A stretch of DNA of 64,000 nucleotides from Vulcanimicrobiota bacterium (GCA_963812135.1 CAWETU010000001.1:480001-544000); one strand, 5' to 3'; counted from the stretch's first letter, positions 38,147-52,888 are shown. A program made the numbers and translations. Notes: generated by a model from the letters alone, not told the origin.

Positions 38147-40554
38147 TGGCGAGCGAGTTCAACGCGCACGAAGCGGGCAGTATTCCGTCAGAGCTCGCGA
38201 TCCTGCCGCTGCAAGACTCGGTGCTCTTCCCGAATACCGTCATGCCGTTGGCGGTGACCAAGCCGTACGGCATCAAGCTCGTGGAGGACGCGCTCAAAGC
38301 GAGCGCGCCGATCGGCGTGGTCGCGCTCAAGAACCGCGATGCGTCGCCGCCCGCGCCCGATGACGTCTACACGGTCGGCACCGTCGCCATCATCCAGAAG
38401 ATGATCAAAATCCCCGACGGTACGCTGCGCTGCATCATCTCCGGCACCGTGCCGTTCACCGCCACCGAATTCACGCGCGCCGAGCCGTATCTGGTCGCCA
38501 AGGTCGAGCCGCTCGAGGAACAGACCACCGAAAGCGACGAGCTGACGGCGCTGTCGCGCAACCTCGCGTCGCAATACACCCGTCTGCTCGCGTTCCTTCC
38601 GTCGGCGCCCAAAGAGCTCGAGCTGGAAGTCAACAACATCACCGATCCGAATCTGCTCTCGTATTTCATCGCGTCGACGATGCGTCTCGACACGCACGAG
38701 AAGCAGTCCGTGCTCGAAGAGCGCGATACGCTCGCGCGCTTGCGCATGCTCACCGCATACCTCACACGCGAACTGGAAGTCCTCGAGCTCGGTCACAAGA
38801 TCCAGTCCGACATCCAAAAGGAGATGGACAAGAACCAGCGCGAGTACTTCTTGCGCCAGCAGCTCAAGGCGATCCAAGACGAGCTCGGCGAGTCGGACCC
38901 GACGCAAGCTGACGTCAACGAGCTGCGCGAGAAGGTCGAAGCCGCCAAGATGCCTGAGGACGCGAACAAGGCGGCGTTGCGCGAGCTAGACCGGCTGGCG
39001 CGCATCCCATCGGCGAGCCCCGAGTATTCGGTGATCCGCACGTATCTGGATTGGCTCGTCACGCTGCCGTGGAGCGTCACGACTGACGACAGCCTCGACA
39101 TCTCCAAAGCGCGCAAGATCCTCGACGAGGACCACTACGATCTCGAAAAAGTCAAAGACCGCATCATCGAGTACCTCGCCGTGCGCAAGCTCAAGAACAC
39201 GCTCTCCGGTCCGATCCTGTGCTTCGTCGGTCCGCCCGGCGTCGGCAAGACGTCGCTCGGCAAGTCGATCGCGCGAGCGATGAACCGCAAGTTCATCCGC
39301 CTGTCGGTCGGCGGCGTGCGCGACGAAGCGGAGATCCGCGGCCACCGCCGCACGTACATCGGCGCGATGCCCGGCTCGTTCATCCGCGCGATCCGCGACG
39401 CCGGCACGAGCAACCCGCTTATCATGATCGACGAGATCGACAAGGTCGGCGCCGATTGGCGTGGCGATCCGTCGTCGGCACTGCTCGAAGTGCTCGATCC
39501 CGAGCAGAACAATTCGTTCCGCGACCACTATCTCGACTTGCCATACGATCTGAGCCGCGTGCTGTTCATCGCGACGGCCAACCAACTCGACACGATCGCG
39601 CCACCGCTGCGCGACCGCATGGAGATCATCCAGCTCGCAGGTTACACGCAGGCTGAGAAGGTGGCGATCGCTCGCAAGTACTTGGTGCCGAAGCAGCTCA
39701 CCGCCAACGGCCTGACGTCCAAGCAGTGCGCCATCTCGACGACTGCGCTCGAGAGCATCGTCGCAGATTACACGAGAGAGGCCGGAGTACGCAACCTCGA
39801 GCGCGAGATCGCCACCATCTGCCGCAAAGTCGCGCGCAAGGTCGCCGAGAAGCCGAAATTCGAGGCGAAGATCACCGCCACGACGCTGGCCAAGTATCTG
39901 GGCAAGCCGCGTTTCTTCGCGGAAGTCGCCAAGCGGACGGCTGCGCGCGGTGTCGCGACGGGATTGGTGGTGACGCCAGTCGGCGGCGACATCGTCTTCA
40001 TCGAGTCGAGCGTGATGCCGGGCAACGGCAAGCTCACGCTCACCGGTCAGTTGGGCGACGTCATGAAGGAGTCCGCGCAGGCCGCGCTCTCGTTCGTACG
40101 CAGCCGCTCGACGGAGTTGCACCTACCGTCCGACTTCTTCGGCAAGCACGACGTCCACGTGCACGTGCCGGCCGGCGCGGTTCCCAAGGATGGTCCGTCA
40201 GCTGGTGTCGCAATCGCGACGTCGCTCGTCTCGGCCGTCACGGGCAAGAAGGTCGACAAGAACACCGCGATGACTGGCGAGATCACGCTCACCGGCCAGG
40301 TCTTGCCGGTCGGCGGCATCAAGGAGAAGGTGCTCGGCGCGCGCCGCGCAGGTATCAAGAAGATCGTGCTGCCCAAACGCAACGAGCCCGATGTGTTTGA
40401 AGACGTGCCGGTGGACGCGAAGCGCGCGCTCAAGTTCGTCTACGCGGAAGAGCTTTCTCAGGTGCTCGACGAGGCGCTCGGCTCGCCGATGATCACACCG
40501 GTTGCGACCGGCAACGGCCGCAACGGAAGGCAGCTCCCCGCAGCCGCGCGATGA
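38146..40554 (+). CDS. lon: ATP-dependent protease Lon
   Basis: QREYFLRQQ, GPPGVGKTS, RGHRRTY, PKDGPSAG, GGIKEK. Confidence 0.98.
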   Translation: MASEFNAHEAGSIPSELAILPLQDSVLFPNTVMPLAVTKPYGIKLVEDALKASAPIGVVALKNRDASPPAPDDVYTVGTVAIIQKMIKIPDGTLRCIISGTVPFTATEFTRAEPYLVAKVEPLEEQTTESDELTALSRNLASQYTRLLAFLPSAPKELELEVNNITDPNLLSYFIASTMRLDTHEKQSVLEERDTLARLRMLTAYLTRELEVLELGHKIQSDIQKEMDKNQREYFLRQQLKAIQDELGESDPTQADVNELREKVEAAKMPEDANKAALRELDRLARIPSASPEYSVIRTYLDWLVTLPWSVTTDDSLDISKARKILDEDHYDLEKVKDRIIEYLAVRKLKNTLSGPILCFVGPPGVGKTSLGKSIARAMNRKFIRLSVGGVRDEAEIRGHRRTYIGAMPGSFIRAIRDAGTSNPLIMIDEIDKVGADWRGDPSSALLEVLDPEQNNSFRDHYLDLPYDLSRVLFIATANQLDTIAPPLRDRMEIIQLAGYTQAEKVAIARKYLVPKQLTANGLTSKQCAISTTALESIVADYTREAGVRNLEREIATICRKVARKVAEKPKFEAKITATTLAKYLGKPRFFAEVAKRTAARGVATGLVVTPVGGDIVFIESSVMPGNGKLTLTGQLGDVMKESAQAALSFVRSRSTELHLPSDFFGKHDVHVHVPAGAVPKDGPSAGVAIATSLVSAVTGKKVDKNTAMTGEITLTGQVLPVGGIKEKVLGARRAGIKKIVLPKRNEPDVFEDVPVDAKRALKFVYAEELSQVLDEALGSPMITPVATGNGRNGRQLPAAAR

Positions 40555-41027
40555 CGCGCTTAGCTCGCTTCGCCGTTATCACGGGAATGGTCGCCGCCGC
40601 CGCCGCCGCTCTCCTGATGAGCCCTGCGGGCGCAGAAACCACCATGATCAAAGGGTACGTTTCATTCTACGCTACAGAAGAAATCAAAATGCCCCTGGCG
40701 GGGATACTGGTTCGACTGCATTCTCGCAGCCAATCGATGGAAGCGTATACGGATAAGCGCGGCTTCTACAGTTTGGTGGGCGTGACGCCGGAAAAGCAGG
40801 TCGAATTGAGATTCTCGCGGGAGGGCTGGGCTACGAAAATATTTCGCGTGACAGCGTGCGTCGACTCAACGCTTGAAGTGGATGCGATGCTTGCGAACAA
40901 GGTTACCAACCTCGGCTACTTCTTGGTCCCGCCCTCGCCCCCAATGATCGATTACCAGCACTCCGCAACGCTCTACGGCATCGACCCTGATGCTGATCTG
41001 GGGAATCAGGGATCGGAAGGCTGTTAG
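40551..41027 (+). CDS. Secreted protein with carboxypeptidase-regulatory-like fold
   Basis: Signal peptide; IKGYV...PLAGI.V...TDKRGFYSL.GV.P. Confidence 0.6.
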   Translation: MTRLARFAVITGMVAAAAAALLMSPAGAETTMIKGYVSFYATEEIKMPLAGILVRLHSRSQSMEAYTDKRGFYSLVGVTPEKQVELRFSREGWATKIFRVTACVDSTLEVDAMLANKVTNLGYFLVPPSPPMIDYQHSATLYGIDPDADLGNQGSEGC

Positions 41028-41031
41028 CTGG

Positions 41032-41772
41032 CTAGCGGCCGCCAAGCCGATACGACACGAAATATTCCAGCGCGATCGGGCCGCCGTCGAATTGCGGTGC
41101 ACTGAACACGGTCTTGCGCGCCGCGCTGAGCGCCGCCGCATCGAGCGACGGATAACCGGACGACTGGTCGATTCGCGCCGCGACGATATTGCCACCGGCG
41201 CCGACCGTCACCGCGACGACGATCGGACCGGAGAACTGCGCACCGCCGGTCGGGAACGCCGCTGGCGCCGACTTCAAGACGTGCGCTTCGGTCACGGGTC
41301 GAAGATAGAGAAGATCGCTCGCGGACAGCGCGCTATCGTCGAACTGACCGACCGATCCGGCCGGCGCTGTTGTGACCAACCGGATTGGCTGCTTGCAGAC
41401 CAGGGAGCGGTCGCCGCGGCCGTGGATCAACAAACCGTACACCGTGATGCCGGTCGGTGAGACCGCGCGAGGAACGTCGAGCACGTAATGGTTGAGCGAT
41501 TCGACGCCGTTCGGGTCCGGCGGGATGACGGGTGAAGTGATGTCGTTCTGTAGTCCAGGTATCTGGAGATTCGCGGTGACAGGATCGCTGCCGCGCAAAA
41601 GAAGCGCGACCACATACCGGTCCACATGACCGGTTTGGCCGCGCGCGACCATCATGAAACTCGCCGCGTGAAGCGGACACGGGTCCTTCACGGGTGTGGT
41701 GGCTGCCGCAACCGCTCGAGGCCACGAAAGCGCAAGCGTGATGAGAAGTAAAAGACAACGCCCTGCGATCAT
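41032..41772 (-). CDS. Secreted protein with TonB C-terminal domain
   Basis: VAVTVGAGGNIV.ARIDQSSGYPSLDAAALSAARK..F.AP. Confidence 0.75.
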   Translation of the reverse strand: MIAGRCLLLLITLALSWPRAVAAATTPVKDPCPLHAASFMMVARGQTGHVDRYVVALLLRGSDPVTANLQIPGLQNDITSPVIPPDPNGVESLNHYVLDVPRAVSPTGITVYGLLIHGRGDRSLVCKQPIRLVTTAPAGSVGQFDDSALSASDLLYLRPVTEAHVLKSAPAAFPTGGAQFSGPIVVAVTVGAGGNIVAARIDQSSGYPSLDAAALSAARKTVFSAPQFDGGPIALEYFVSYRLGGR

Positions 41773-42632
41773 GCCGGCTGTTTCGCGTTCTCGAGCAATA
41801 GCACCCCGGCCATCGGGCCGTCACGCCGCGCCGCCTCCCCGCGCCACCACCCGGGCATCAGCATCCGGAAGAACCACGCGCCGCGGAACTCGCGCTTGAG
41901 ACGCTGGGCCTCGACGATATTAGCGTGATATTCAACGATGTGCCAGCCATGTTGGGCGAAGAACGCGGACGCGTCTTCGGGCGCGAACTGGAACTCGGCT
42001 GTTGAGCCCAATGCCTTGCCCCAGGCTCGCTTGATCATCTTCAGCACAAAAGGCGACGCGATGTCCGTTAGCCACCAGCGGAACGACGGCTGACCCGAAA
42101 GGTCATCAGCGAGCGCGCCCACTTCTTCGGCCTTCAGATATACGAGTAATCCCTCGCTGATGACGAGGACCCGTTTGCATTGCGAGCCGATGCGTGCGAA
42201 AAGCGCTGCACGTGCAGCTGAGTCCGAGAGATCGAGCGGGATGCGCTCGAGGACGCACACCGGCTTGGCGTCGCCAAGGATGTGCGCTTTGTACTCGAGC
42301 TGTGAGGGAAAGTCGACATCGTACCAGCGCAATCCGGCCGGCAGCGGCATTCGATAGGGTCTTGCGTCGAGACCGGCGGCTAAGTTAAGCACTCCATCGA
42401 GCTGCTGCGCAAGCCGTACGATGATCTCGTCCATGACGGCCGTGCGCACGACCATCGGCCAGCCGAACGACTTGCCGCGCGGCATCTTGAGCACGATCTC
42501 CTCGCCGCGCGGGCCGGCGAGCGAGCGCGCGTAAGGGTCCTTGAAGATGGCGTCAGGCCGCTCCGACTCCAACGCGCGGTAGAACGCCACCCAGTTGGCG
42601 GTCTCGGGCAACGTGACCGGTCGTTCAGACAC
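41769..42632 (-). CDS. SAM-dependent methyltransferase (LCM-like)
   Basis: TANWVA.YRA.ES.RPD.IF.DPYA, LAAGLDAR.YR, SEGLLVYL. Confidence 0.88.
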   Translation of the reverse strand: MSERPVTLPETANWVAFYRALESERPDAIFKDPYARSLAGPRGEEIVLKMPRGKSFGWPMVVRTAVMDEIIVRLAQQLDGVLNLAAGLDARPYRMPLPAGLRWYDVDFPSQLEYKAHILGDAKPVCVLERIPLDLSDSAARAALFARIGSQCKRVLVISEGLLVYLKAEEVGALADDLSGQPSFRWWLTDIASPFVLKMIKRAWGKALGSTAEFQFAPEDASAFFAQHGWHIVEYHANIVEAQRLKREFRGAWFFRMLMPGWWRGEAARRDGPMAGVLLLENAKQPA

Positions 42633-43371
42633 GCGACTTGAGATTGACGGCGGCGGCTTTGTCCACGAGCCACACCAGCGATCCGTTCTCGGGCGAGACG
42701 CCTTGCGCGGGCAAGCGGCGCGCATCGTGCGGGCCTTCCAGGATCCGCCCGAGCACCTCGGCCTTGCCGGCGCCATCGACGAGGAAGATCACGGCGCGCG
42801 CCGCGTTGATCACCGGAAACGTGAGGGTGAGCCGCCAGTGCGCGATCGGATTGGTCGGCGCGTGCACGGCGACGCACGTTTCGTCGACGACGTCGAGTGC
42901 CGTGCTGTTCGGAAACAACGACGCGGTGTGGCCGTCCTCGCCAAGGCCGAGATAGATCAGATCAAAGACGGTGTCAGCGCCGAAAAACGCCGTCAGTTGG
43001 TCGCGATAGTCGAGCGCGCCCTGGCGCGGCTCGAGCTCGCCGCGCATGCAGTGGACGTTCTCAGGCGCGATCCGCATCGGATCGAGCAGCAGTTTCTTGG
43101 CCTCGCCGAAATTGCTGACCGGATCTTGTGGAGGCACGCAACGCTCGTCGCCCCAGAAGAAATGGATGCGGCTCCAGTCGATGTCCTCTGCGAACTGCGG
43201 CGACGTCAACAGCGCATAGAGCGCGCGTGGCGTCGAGCCGCCGGACAACGCCACCGCGAATCGTTCGTGGTCTTCGATCGCTGCGCGGGAGCGCACTTCG
43301 AACTCGACGGCTGCCTGGTATGCGAGATCATCGGGCGTGTCCAACACGACGACGCGGCGCGCCTGTGTCAT
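42625..43371 (-). CDS. pgl: 6-phosphogluconolactonase
   Basis: ALSGGSTP, WGDERCVP, LGLGEDGHTASLFP, RLTLT. Confidence 0.95.
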   Translation of the reverse strand: MTQARRVVVLDTPDDLAYQAAVEFEVRSRAAIEDHERFAVALSGGSTPRALYALLTSPQFAEDIDWSRIHFFWGDERCVPPQDPVSNFGEAKKLLLDPMRIAPENVHCMRGELEPRQGALDYRDQLTAFFGADTVFDLIYLGLGEDGHTASLFPNSTALDVVDETCVAVHAPTNPIAHWRLTLTFPVINAARAVIFLVDGAGKAEVLGRILEGPHDARRLPAQGVSPENGSLVWLVDKAAAVNLKSRV

Positions 43372-43374
43372 GAT

Positions 43375-44435
43375 CTATCCCTCCGCGAGTGCGGCTTCGA
43401 GCATGGGGTCGCGAGCAGGGTCATCGATCGAGCGATGGAGCAATTCGGCTTCGGCGAGCTTCGTCGCAGGGAAGCTCCAGGACCGGATGCGCTTGCCGCT
43501 CGCATCGCGCGCTTCGGCGATGATGCTGCGCGGATTGTCTTGGCGCGTGAGCGTGAGCGCCGCTTGCGAGCGAGCGGTCTGGAATACCAGGGAAGCGATG
43601 CGGCCGGGCCGCGCCCCGGCGATGGCGACCGGCGCCGGCCGCACGCGGCCGTGCAGCTTCGGGATGCAGCACGCGAGCCAGCCGGCGATCAACGTCGCGC
43701 GCGCGATTTTGTGCTGGGCATCTGGTTCATCTGGGTCGGCGGCGAATTCGATGCAGCATTTGTCGAACGTGCCGAGCAACCCGAGCACCGCAGGGTCGTC
43801 GAAGCACGCAGCGATCGCGGAGCGCCACGGCTTGATGCGTTTCCAATTCAGGTCGGCGACCGCGACATGGCCCGCGCGGTGCTCGGTGAGGCGGCGCAGG
43901 GTGTCCAGCGCGGCGTTTGTATCGCCGAAGCGCATCGAGTCGACGACGATCTTCTTCATCAGCGGCGCGACCATGCGGAACAGCGGCTTCCCGAAGGGCG
44001 AGTCACCGCGCCACCACAGATAGACCGGAAGATCGGCGGCAAGCAATGCGAGCACCGCCGAGGTCGCGGACGCCGATGCGCGCGGGTTGACCCGCACGAA
44101 GACCTCTTCGCTGAAGTTCGAAGCGTCGACGCCGTCGCCGGGCCGGATGAACGCCTGTGGCGATTCCTCTTCAGCCGTCGCATCTTCGATGACGGTCACT
44201 GCGCGGATGGAATGCGCGCCCGCGATGTCGGCCAAGATCTGAGAGACTTCACCGCTCGCCTCCGGCCGGTCGACGTAGGTCACGAGGTTGAGCGTGAGCG
44301 AGCGCGCGGTCGGCGTGCCGGGCGAAGTCGCCACGATCTCTCGCCAGCGCGCGGTCAACGTGGATTCGGCGTCCTCGACCTTGACCGGCGCGAAGCCGGC
44401 GGTCCACACGGGTGTCGCAGCGCCGTCGCGCGCAC

Positions 44436-44439
<4 letters not shown>
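43375..44439 (-). CDS. opcA: G6PD assembly protein OpcA
   Basis: LLAADLPVYLWWRG, IVVDS, DLNW.R..PWR; follows zwf with GTGA overlap. Confidence 0.88.
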
Positions 44440-45971
<1,532 letters not shown>

Positions 45972-46904
45972 CTACGATTTGGCCGGCGCGCTCGCGCCCG
46001 GCGTCTCCGGGTGCACAGCGTGGCCGCCGAACTGATGGCGCAGCGCGGCGACGACTTTGGCCGAGAACGATTCCTCTTGACGCGAGCGGAACCGCGCGAG
46101 CAGCGATTCGGTCAGCACCGGCGCCGGCACCGACAGGTCGATCGCATCGGTGACCGTCCAGCGGCCCTCGCCCGTATCGTCGACATAGCCGCGGATGTCA
46201 GCAAGTTTCGGATCGTCCTTGAACGCAAGCTCCGCGAGCTCGAGCAGCCAGGAGCGCACGACGCTGCCCTGATTCCACAGATGGCTGATCTTCGCGAAAT
46301 CCAAGCCGGGGCCGAACTGCGACGCCTGCATGATCTCGAAGCCCTCGCCGTACGCCTCCAGCATCCCGTACTCGATGCCGTTGTGCACCATTTTGGTGAA
46401 GTGGCCAGCGCCCGCCGGCCCGACTCGCAGATATCCGTCTATCGGCGCGAGCGTCAAAAAGATCGGCTCGAGGCGCTTGCAGGTCGCTTCGGATCCGCCG
46501 ACCATCAGGCAATAGCCCTCTTTGAGACCCCAGATGCCGCCCGACACGCCCGCGTCGATGAAGTCGATTCCCTTTGGCGCGAGATCTTTGGCCTGCTGCT
46601 GGCCGACTTTCCAATACGAGTTGCCGCCATCGATGACGACGTCGCCGCGCTCGAGCAAACCGCCGAGCGCCGCGACCGTGTCATTGGTCGGCGGTCCGGC
46701 GGGCAGCATTACCCAGACGTTGCGCGGCGCGCGAAGCGCTTTGACCACCCCTTCAAGCGAATCCGCGCCCGTCGCTCCGCTTGCGACTGCCGCTTTGATG
46801 GCGTCGGCAGAACGGTCGTAGGCGACGACTTCGTGTCCGCCGAGCAACAAGCGCTCGACCATATTACCGCCCATGCGGCCCAGCCCGATCATCGCGATTT
46901 GCAT
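45972..46904 (-). CDS. gnd: 6-phosphogluconate dehydrogenase (short form)
   Basis: GLGRMG, DGGNS, SGGIWG, KMVHNGIEY, LRHQFGGH. Confidence 0.96.
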   Translation of the reverse strand: MQIAMIGLGRMGGNMVERLLLGGHEVVAYDRSADAIKAAVASGATGADSLEGVVKALRAPRNVWVMLPAGPPTNDTVAALGGLLERGDVVIDGGNSYWKVGQQQAKDLAPKGIDFIDAGVSGGIWGLKEGYCLMVGGSEATCKRLEPIFLTLAPIDGYLRVGPAGAGHFTKMVHNGIEYGMLEAYGEGFEIMQASQFGPGLDFAKISHLWNQGSVVRSWLLELAELAFKDDPKLADIRGYVDDTGEGRWTVTDAIDLSVPAPVLTESLLARFRSRQEESFSAKVVAALRHQFGGHAVHPETPGASAPAKS

Positions 46905-49720
46905 CAGGCTTTACTCCCCGGCGCGGTGGGCGCCAGCGAATTTGCGACCTTCGAGATGGTGCGTAACAGCGTCGCGAGCGACGCGTCGACGTCGTCGCCG
47001 AGATCGACGCGCACGACGCGCCGCCCATGATCGCGCAGCGACTGCAGATCGCCGAGCGCTTGTGCGGCCGCCAGCGTGGCGAAGTCGAACGGCTGGCCCG
47101 GGATCGGCACGCGCTCCTTGGAGCGGCAGACCAGTTCGATGAACACGCCGGTGTTGGGGCCGCCTTTGTGCAGTTGACCGGTCGAATGCAGGTAACGCGG
47201 TCCATAGCCGAACGTCGTCGCGGCTTTCGTCGAATCGCGCAGCATCGCGCGGATATCGTCGAACGCGTCATCGCGGGCGCGGGTCTCGTGCACGTACGCC
47301 AGCAATGCGAAGTAGTCGCCATCGCGCGCGCCCCGAACGAAGCTCGAGAGCGCGGCTTCGTCGTCGGGCGCGATCGCTTCGGTCTTTGCGGACGCGGCGG
47401 CTGGCTGCGTCAAAATGCGATTGGTGTTGTCCTTGCTCTCTTGGACGTTCGGTTGGTCAAACGCGTCGACGCCCAAAAACGCGCCGACGGTGGCCGTGGC
47501 GAATTCCCAGCGGAAGAACTCCGCGCCGAGATCGAGCGCGTCGCGCATGCTCACCCTGATCACCGGATGGCCGGCGCGCTGCAGCGCGTCGCCGCGCGCG
47601 TCGAGACTGCGGTCGTCGCCCAACCTCAGATGCACGAAGACGCGATCGGCGCCGTACGCGCCGGGATCACCCGGCGGTTCGCCCGCGACCGGGATCAAGC
47701 CGCGGCCCTCTTTGCCGAGGCTCTCGGCGATGAGCTGTTCGAGCCACAACCCGAAACTCGCGATGCCCGGCGACGCGAGCACCGTCACCTTGTCGCGGCC
47801 GTGCTTGAGCGCGAGCGTGGCCAACGCGGCGCCGAGCCGCACCGCTGGATGCTCCGACGCCTTCACACCGCTCGCGCAGGCTTGCACCATGCCGCGCGCG
47901 CGATCGAGCAAGCCCGCGACGTCGACGCCCGCGGCGGCTGCCGGCACGAGTCCGAAATACGTCAGTGCCGAGTAGCGCCCGCCGATGTCCTCCGGATTGA
48001 GGAAGATCTGCCGGAAGCCCCGCTCGCGAGCAAGCGTCTCGAGCGGCGTTCCCGGATCGGTGATGCACGCGAAGCGCGCCGCCGCCTTTTCGCGGCTGCC
48101 GAGCGCGGCCGCGACCTTGTCGAAGAAGTATTCCGAGAAGACGCGCGGCTCCAGGGTCGTGCCCGACTTGCTGGACTCGATGAAGACCGTCGCCTTCACG
48201 TCGATCGCCGCTTCGAACGCACGCACGCTCTCGGGCAGCGTGCTGTCGAGCACGAGCAGTCGCGGGTAGCCTTTGCGCGTGCCGAACGTCTCGCGCAACA
48301 CGATGGGGCACAGACTCGATCCACCCATCCCCATGACGACCACGCTGGTGATGCCGTCCTTGCGCAAGCCCTCGGCGAACGAGTCGAGCTCTTGCGTGCG
48401 GTGATACATGAGATCGGGCGAGTTCAACCAGCCGAGCCGATCTTTGACGATGGCGGCATGTTCTGGGTCGCCCTTTTTCCAGAGATCAGGATCGCGCTGC
48501 CAGAATCGCGCGACGAAGCGCTCGCCTTCCAGGCGCGAGAGAGCATCCGCAAGCTCCGCCGGATCGACGCCCGATGTGGTCAGCCGGTCGGTGGCGCCCT
48601 GAATCGCTTGCGCTTTCTGCGCGAGCACGGCGAGCAGTTGGTCGTATGACGCTTGGAACGATACAAGCCCGTCGGCAAGCAGCTTGTCGGTGATCGACTT
48701 GAGCGAGATGCCAAGCTCTTCGAGCTCGGCCAATGTCTCTTCGGCCTTGTCGATGCCTTGGTCGAGGTTCGGTTTCACGATGCCATGGTCGCGGAACGCA
48801 TCGATCGTCGCCGGCGGCATCGTATCGACGGTGTCAGGTCCGATGAGCGCCTCGACGTAGTACGTGTCTTTGTACTTCGGGTTCTTGGTCGACGTGCTCG
48901 CCCAGAGCGGCCGTTGCCGGCGCGCGCCCGCGGCGGCCAGCGTCCGCCAGCGTTCGCCTTTGATCGAGCGCTGGTAGACCGAGTACAAGCGCTTTGAGTT
49001 GGCGATAGCCGTGGTGCCAAGGTGCGCTTCCAGGCGCGCCGTCGTGGGCGCGTCGGCGTCCTTCATCGCAGCGGCGATGCGCTTGTCGGCCTCCGTATCG
49101 ACGCGGCTGACGAAGCACGACGCCACTGACGCGATGTTGTGCAGCGGCTGGCCCTTGGCGAGCCTGTCTTCCAGGCCGCCCATGAACGCATCGATGACGC
49201 CCTCGTAGTACCCCGCGCCGAACATCAACGTGATGTTGACATTGATGCCGTCGCCGATGAGCCGCCGGATGACCGGCATGCCCTCGGACGTCGCGGGCAC
49301 TTTCACCATGACGTTGGGCCGCGCGACCAGTTTCCACAGGCGATGCGCCTCGACGATCGATGCGTCGCTGTCTTTGGCGAGCTGCGGCGGTAACTCGATC
49401 GAGACGTAGCCGTCGCCGCCCGAGCTCGTGTCGTACAGATCGCGGAAGGAGTCGCATGCCTCGCGGATGTCGGTGGTCGTGAGCGCGTCGTACATCGCCG
49501 ATGGGCTGGCGCCTTCGGCGACGAGCGCCTTGATCTGATCGTCGTAATCAGAGCTCTCGGCGATCGCCTTCTCGAAGATCGTCGGGTTCGACGTCTCGCC
49601 GCGCAGCCCGTCGTCGTCGATCATGCGGCGCAGCTCGCCCGAACGCGTGAATCCGCGTCTGACGTTGTCGAGCCAAAAGCTTTGTCCGAAATCGATGAGG
49701 CGCTGGAGTGGGTTTGGCAT
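46904..49720 (-). CDS. tal-pgi: Bifunctional transaldolase/glucose-6-phosphate isomerase
   Basis: TSNPTIFEKA, VKVPAT, LWASTSTKNP; GMGGSSL, SKSGTT, GGRYS, DQPNVQESK. Confidence 0.95.
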   Translation of the reverse strand: MPNPLQRLIDFGQSFWLDNVRRGFTRSGELRRMIDDDGLRGETSNPTIFEKAIAESSDYDDQIKALVAEGASPSAMYDALTTTDIREACDSFRDLYDTSSGGDGYVSIELPPQLAKDSDASIVEAHRLWKLVARPNVMVKVPATSEGMPVIRRLIGDGINVNITLMFGAGYYEGVIDAFMGGLEDRLAKGQPLHNIASVASCFVSRVDTEADKRIAAAMKDADAPTTARLEAHLGTTAIANSKRLYSVYQRSIKGERWRTLAAAGARRQRPLWASTSTKNPKYKDTYYVEALIGPDTVDTMPPATIDAFRDHGIVKPNLDQGIDKAEETLAELEELGISLKSITDKLLADGLVSFQASYDQLLAVLAQKAQAIQGATDRLTTSGVDPAELADALSRLEGERFVARFWQRDPDLWKKGDPEHAAIVKDRLGWLNSPDLMYHRTQELDSFAEGLRKDGITSVVVMGMGGSSLCPIVLRETFGTRKGYPRLLVLDSTLPESVRAFEAAIDVKATVFIESSKSGTTLEPRVFSEYFFDKVAAALGSREKAAARFACITDPGTPLETLARERGFRQIFLNPEDIGGRYSALTYFGLVPAAAAGVDVAGLLDRARGMVQACASGVKASEHPAVRLGAALATLALKHGRDKVTVLASPGIASFGLWLEQLIAESLGKEGRGLIPVAGEPPGDPGAYGADRVFVHLRLGDDRSLDARGDALQRAGHPVIRVSMRDALDLGAEFFRWEFATATVGAFLGVDAFDQPNVQESKDNTNRILTQPAAASAKTEAIAPDDEAALSSFVRGARDGDYFALLAYVHETRARDDAFDDIRAMLRDSTKAATTFGYGPRYLHSTGQLHKGGPNTGVFIELVCRSKERVPIPGQPFDFATLAAAQALGDLQSLRDHGRRVVRVDLGDDVDASLATLLRTISKVANSLAPTAPGSKA

Positions 49721-49729
49721 TGCTCTTCC

Positions 49730-51739
<2,010 letters not shown>

Positions 51740-51763
51740 GCGAACCTCCGTGTATTGGTGCTG

Positions 51764-52810
51764 TTAGCCGACGGTGATCCCGGGTTGCGCCGTCACGCTG
51801 CCGATGACGGCGGCATGGGCGACGCCGCCTGCCGCCAGGGCATCGAGCAGCGTCGCGGTCCTCTCCTCTGATACGGCGATGAGCAGCCCGCCGGACGTCT
51901 GCGCGTCGCACAGCACGATGCGCAACGCTTCGGGAACGCTTGACTCGAAGACGACGCCGTGCGCCAGCGCGAGCGCGAGGTTCGCCTTTGTACCGCCCGG
52001 CGCGCAATCCCGCTCCGCGAGGGTCATCGAGAGGTCGAAGAGCGGGACCGCAGCCGCATCGATGCGCGCGCCCACCCCGCTGCCTGCAGTCATCTCGCCC
52101 AAGTGCCCCATCAACCCGAAGCCCGTGACGTCGGTCGCTGCGTCGACGCCGACCGCCACCATCGCTTCAGACGCGGCGCGGTTGAGCGTCTGCATGGAGG
52201 CGATCGCTTCTTCAAGCTCCTGTTCGCTGATCACGTCGCGGCGCCGCGCGGTCGTGTACAATCCGGTGCCCAACGGCTTCGTGAGCACGAGCAGGTCGCC
52301 GGGTCGCGCCGTCGAGTTGCGAACCACGCGGTCGGGATGCACGCGCCCGGTCACGGCGAGGCCGTACTTCGGCTCGGGATCCTTAACGGTGTGGCCGCCG
52401 ATCACGTGGATGCCGGCTTCGCGAGCTTTCTCGGCGCCGCCGCGCACGATCGAGTGGAGGATGGTCAGGTCAAGACCGCTCTCTGGGAACGTCGTGACGG
52501 CCACCGCGAACAGCGGCACCGCGCCCATCGCGTAGATGTCCGAAATGGCGTTCGCGGCGGCGATCCGGCCGAAGGTCTCGGGGTCGTCGACGATGGGAGT
52601 GAAGAAATCGACGGTCTCGACGAGCGCGAGATCGGGACCGAGCTGATAGACGCCGGCGTCGTCGCCGGTTGCGGTGGCCACGAGCACGCGCGGGTCGTCG
52701 ACGGCCGGCAGCTCGCGCAGGACGCGCGCGAGCACATCGGCTTGCATCTTCGACGCGCAGCCCGCGCATTCGACCATGCGCGTGAGGCGAGGCTTGGTTT
52801 CTTGAATCAC
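51764..52810 (-). CDS. selD: Selenide, water dikinase (Cys form)
   Basis: CAGCASK (TGC codons), DDAGV, DFFTPIVDD, NAISDIYAMG, TDVTGFGL.GH, DAQTSGGLL. Confidence 0.93.
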   Translation of the reverse strand: MIQETKPRLTRMVECAGCASKMQADVLARVLRELPAVDDPRVLVATATGDDAGVYQLGPDLALVETVDFFTPIVDDPETFGRIAAANAISDIYAMGAVPLFAVAVTTFPESGLDLTILHSIVRGGAEKAREAGIHVIGGHTVKDPEPKYGLAVTGRVHPDRVVRNSTARPGDLLVLTKPLGTGLYTTARRRDVISEQELEEAIASMQTLNRAASEAMVAVGVDAATDVTGFGLMGHLGEMTAGSGVGARIDAAAVPLFDLSMTLAERDCAPGGTKANLALALAHGVVFESSVPEALRIVLCDAQTSGGLLIAVSEERTATLLDALAAGGVAHAAVIGSVTAQPGITVG

Positions 52811-52888
52811 AATCGCTCCATCGGTCCCAAACAACGTTTACCCGGGCGGCGACAGGCGCCCTTTGGGAGCGGCTCGAAGCGACGCCAA

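Noticed and set aside
46904..49720. Transaldolase-PGI fusion as a novelty
   Set aside because: A known bifunctional architecture
52755..52775. Selenocysteine in SelD
   Set aside because: Both active-site-region codons are TGC
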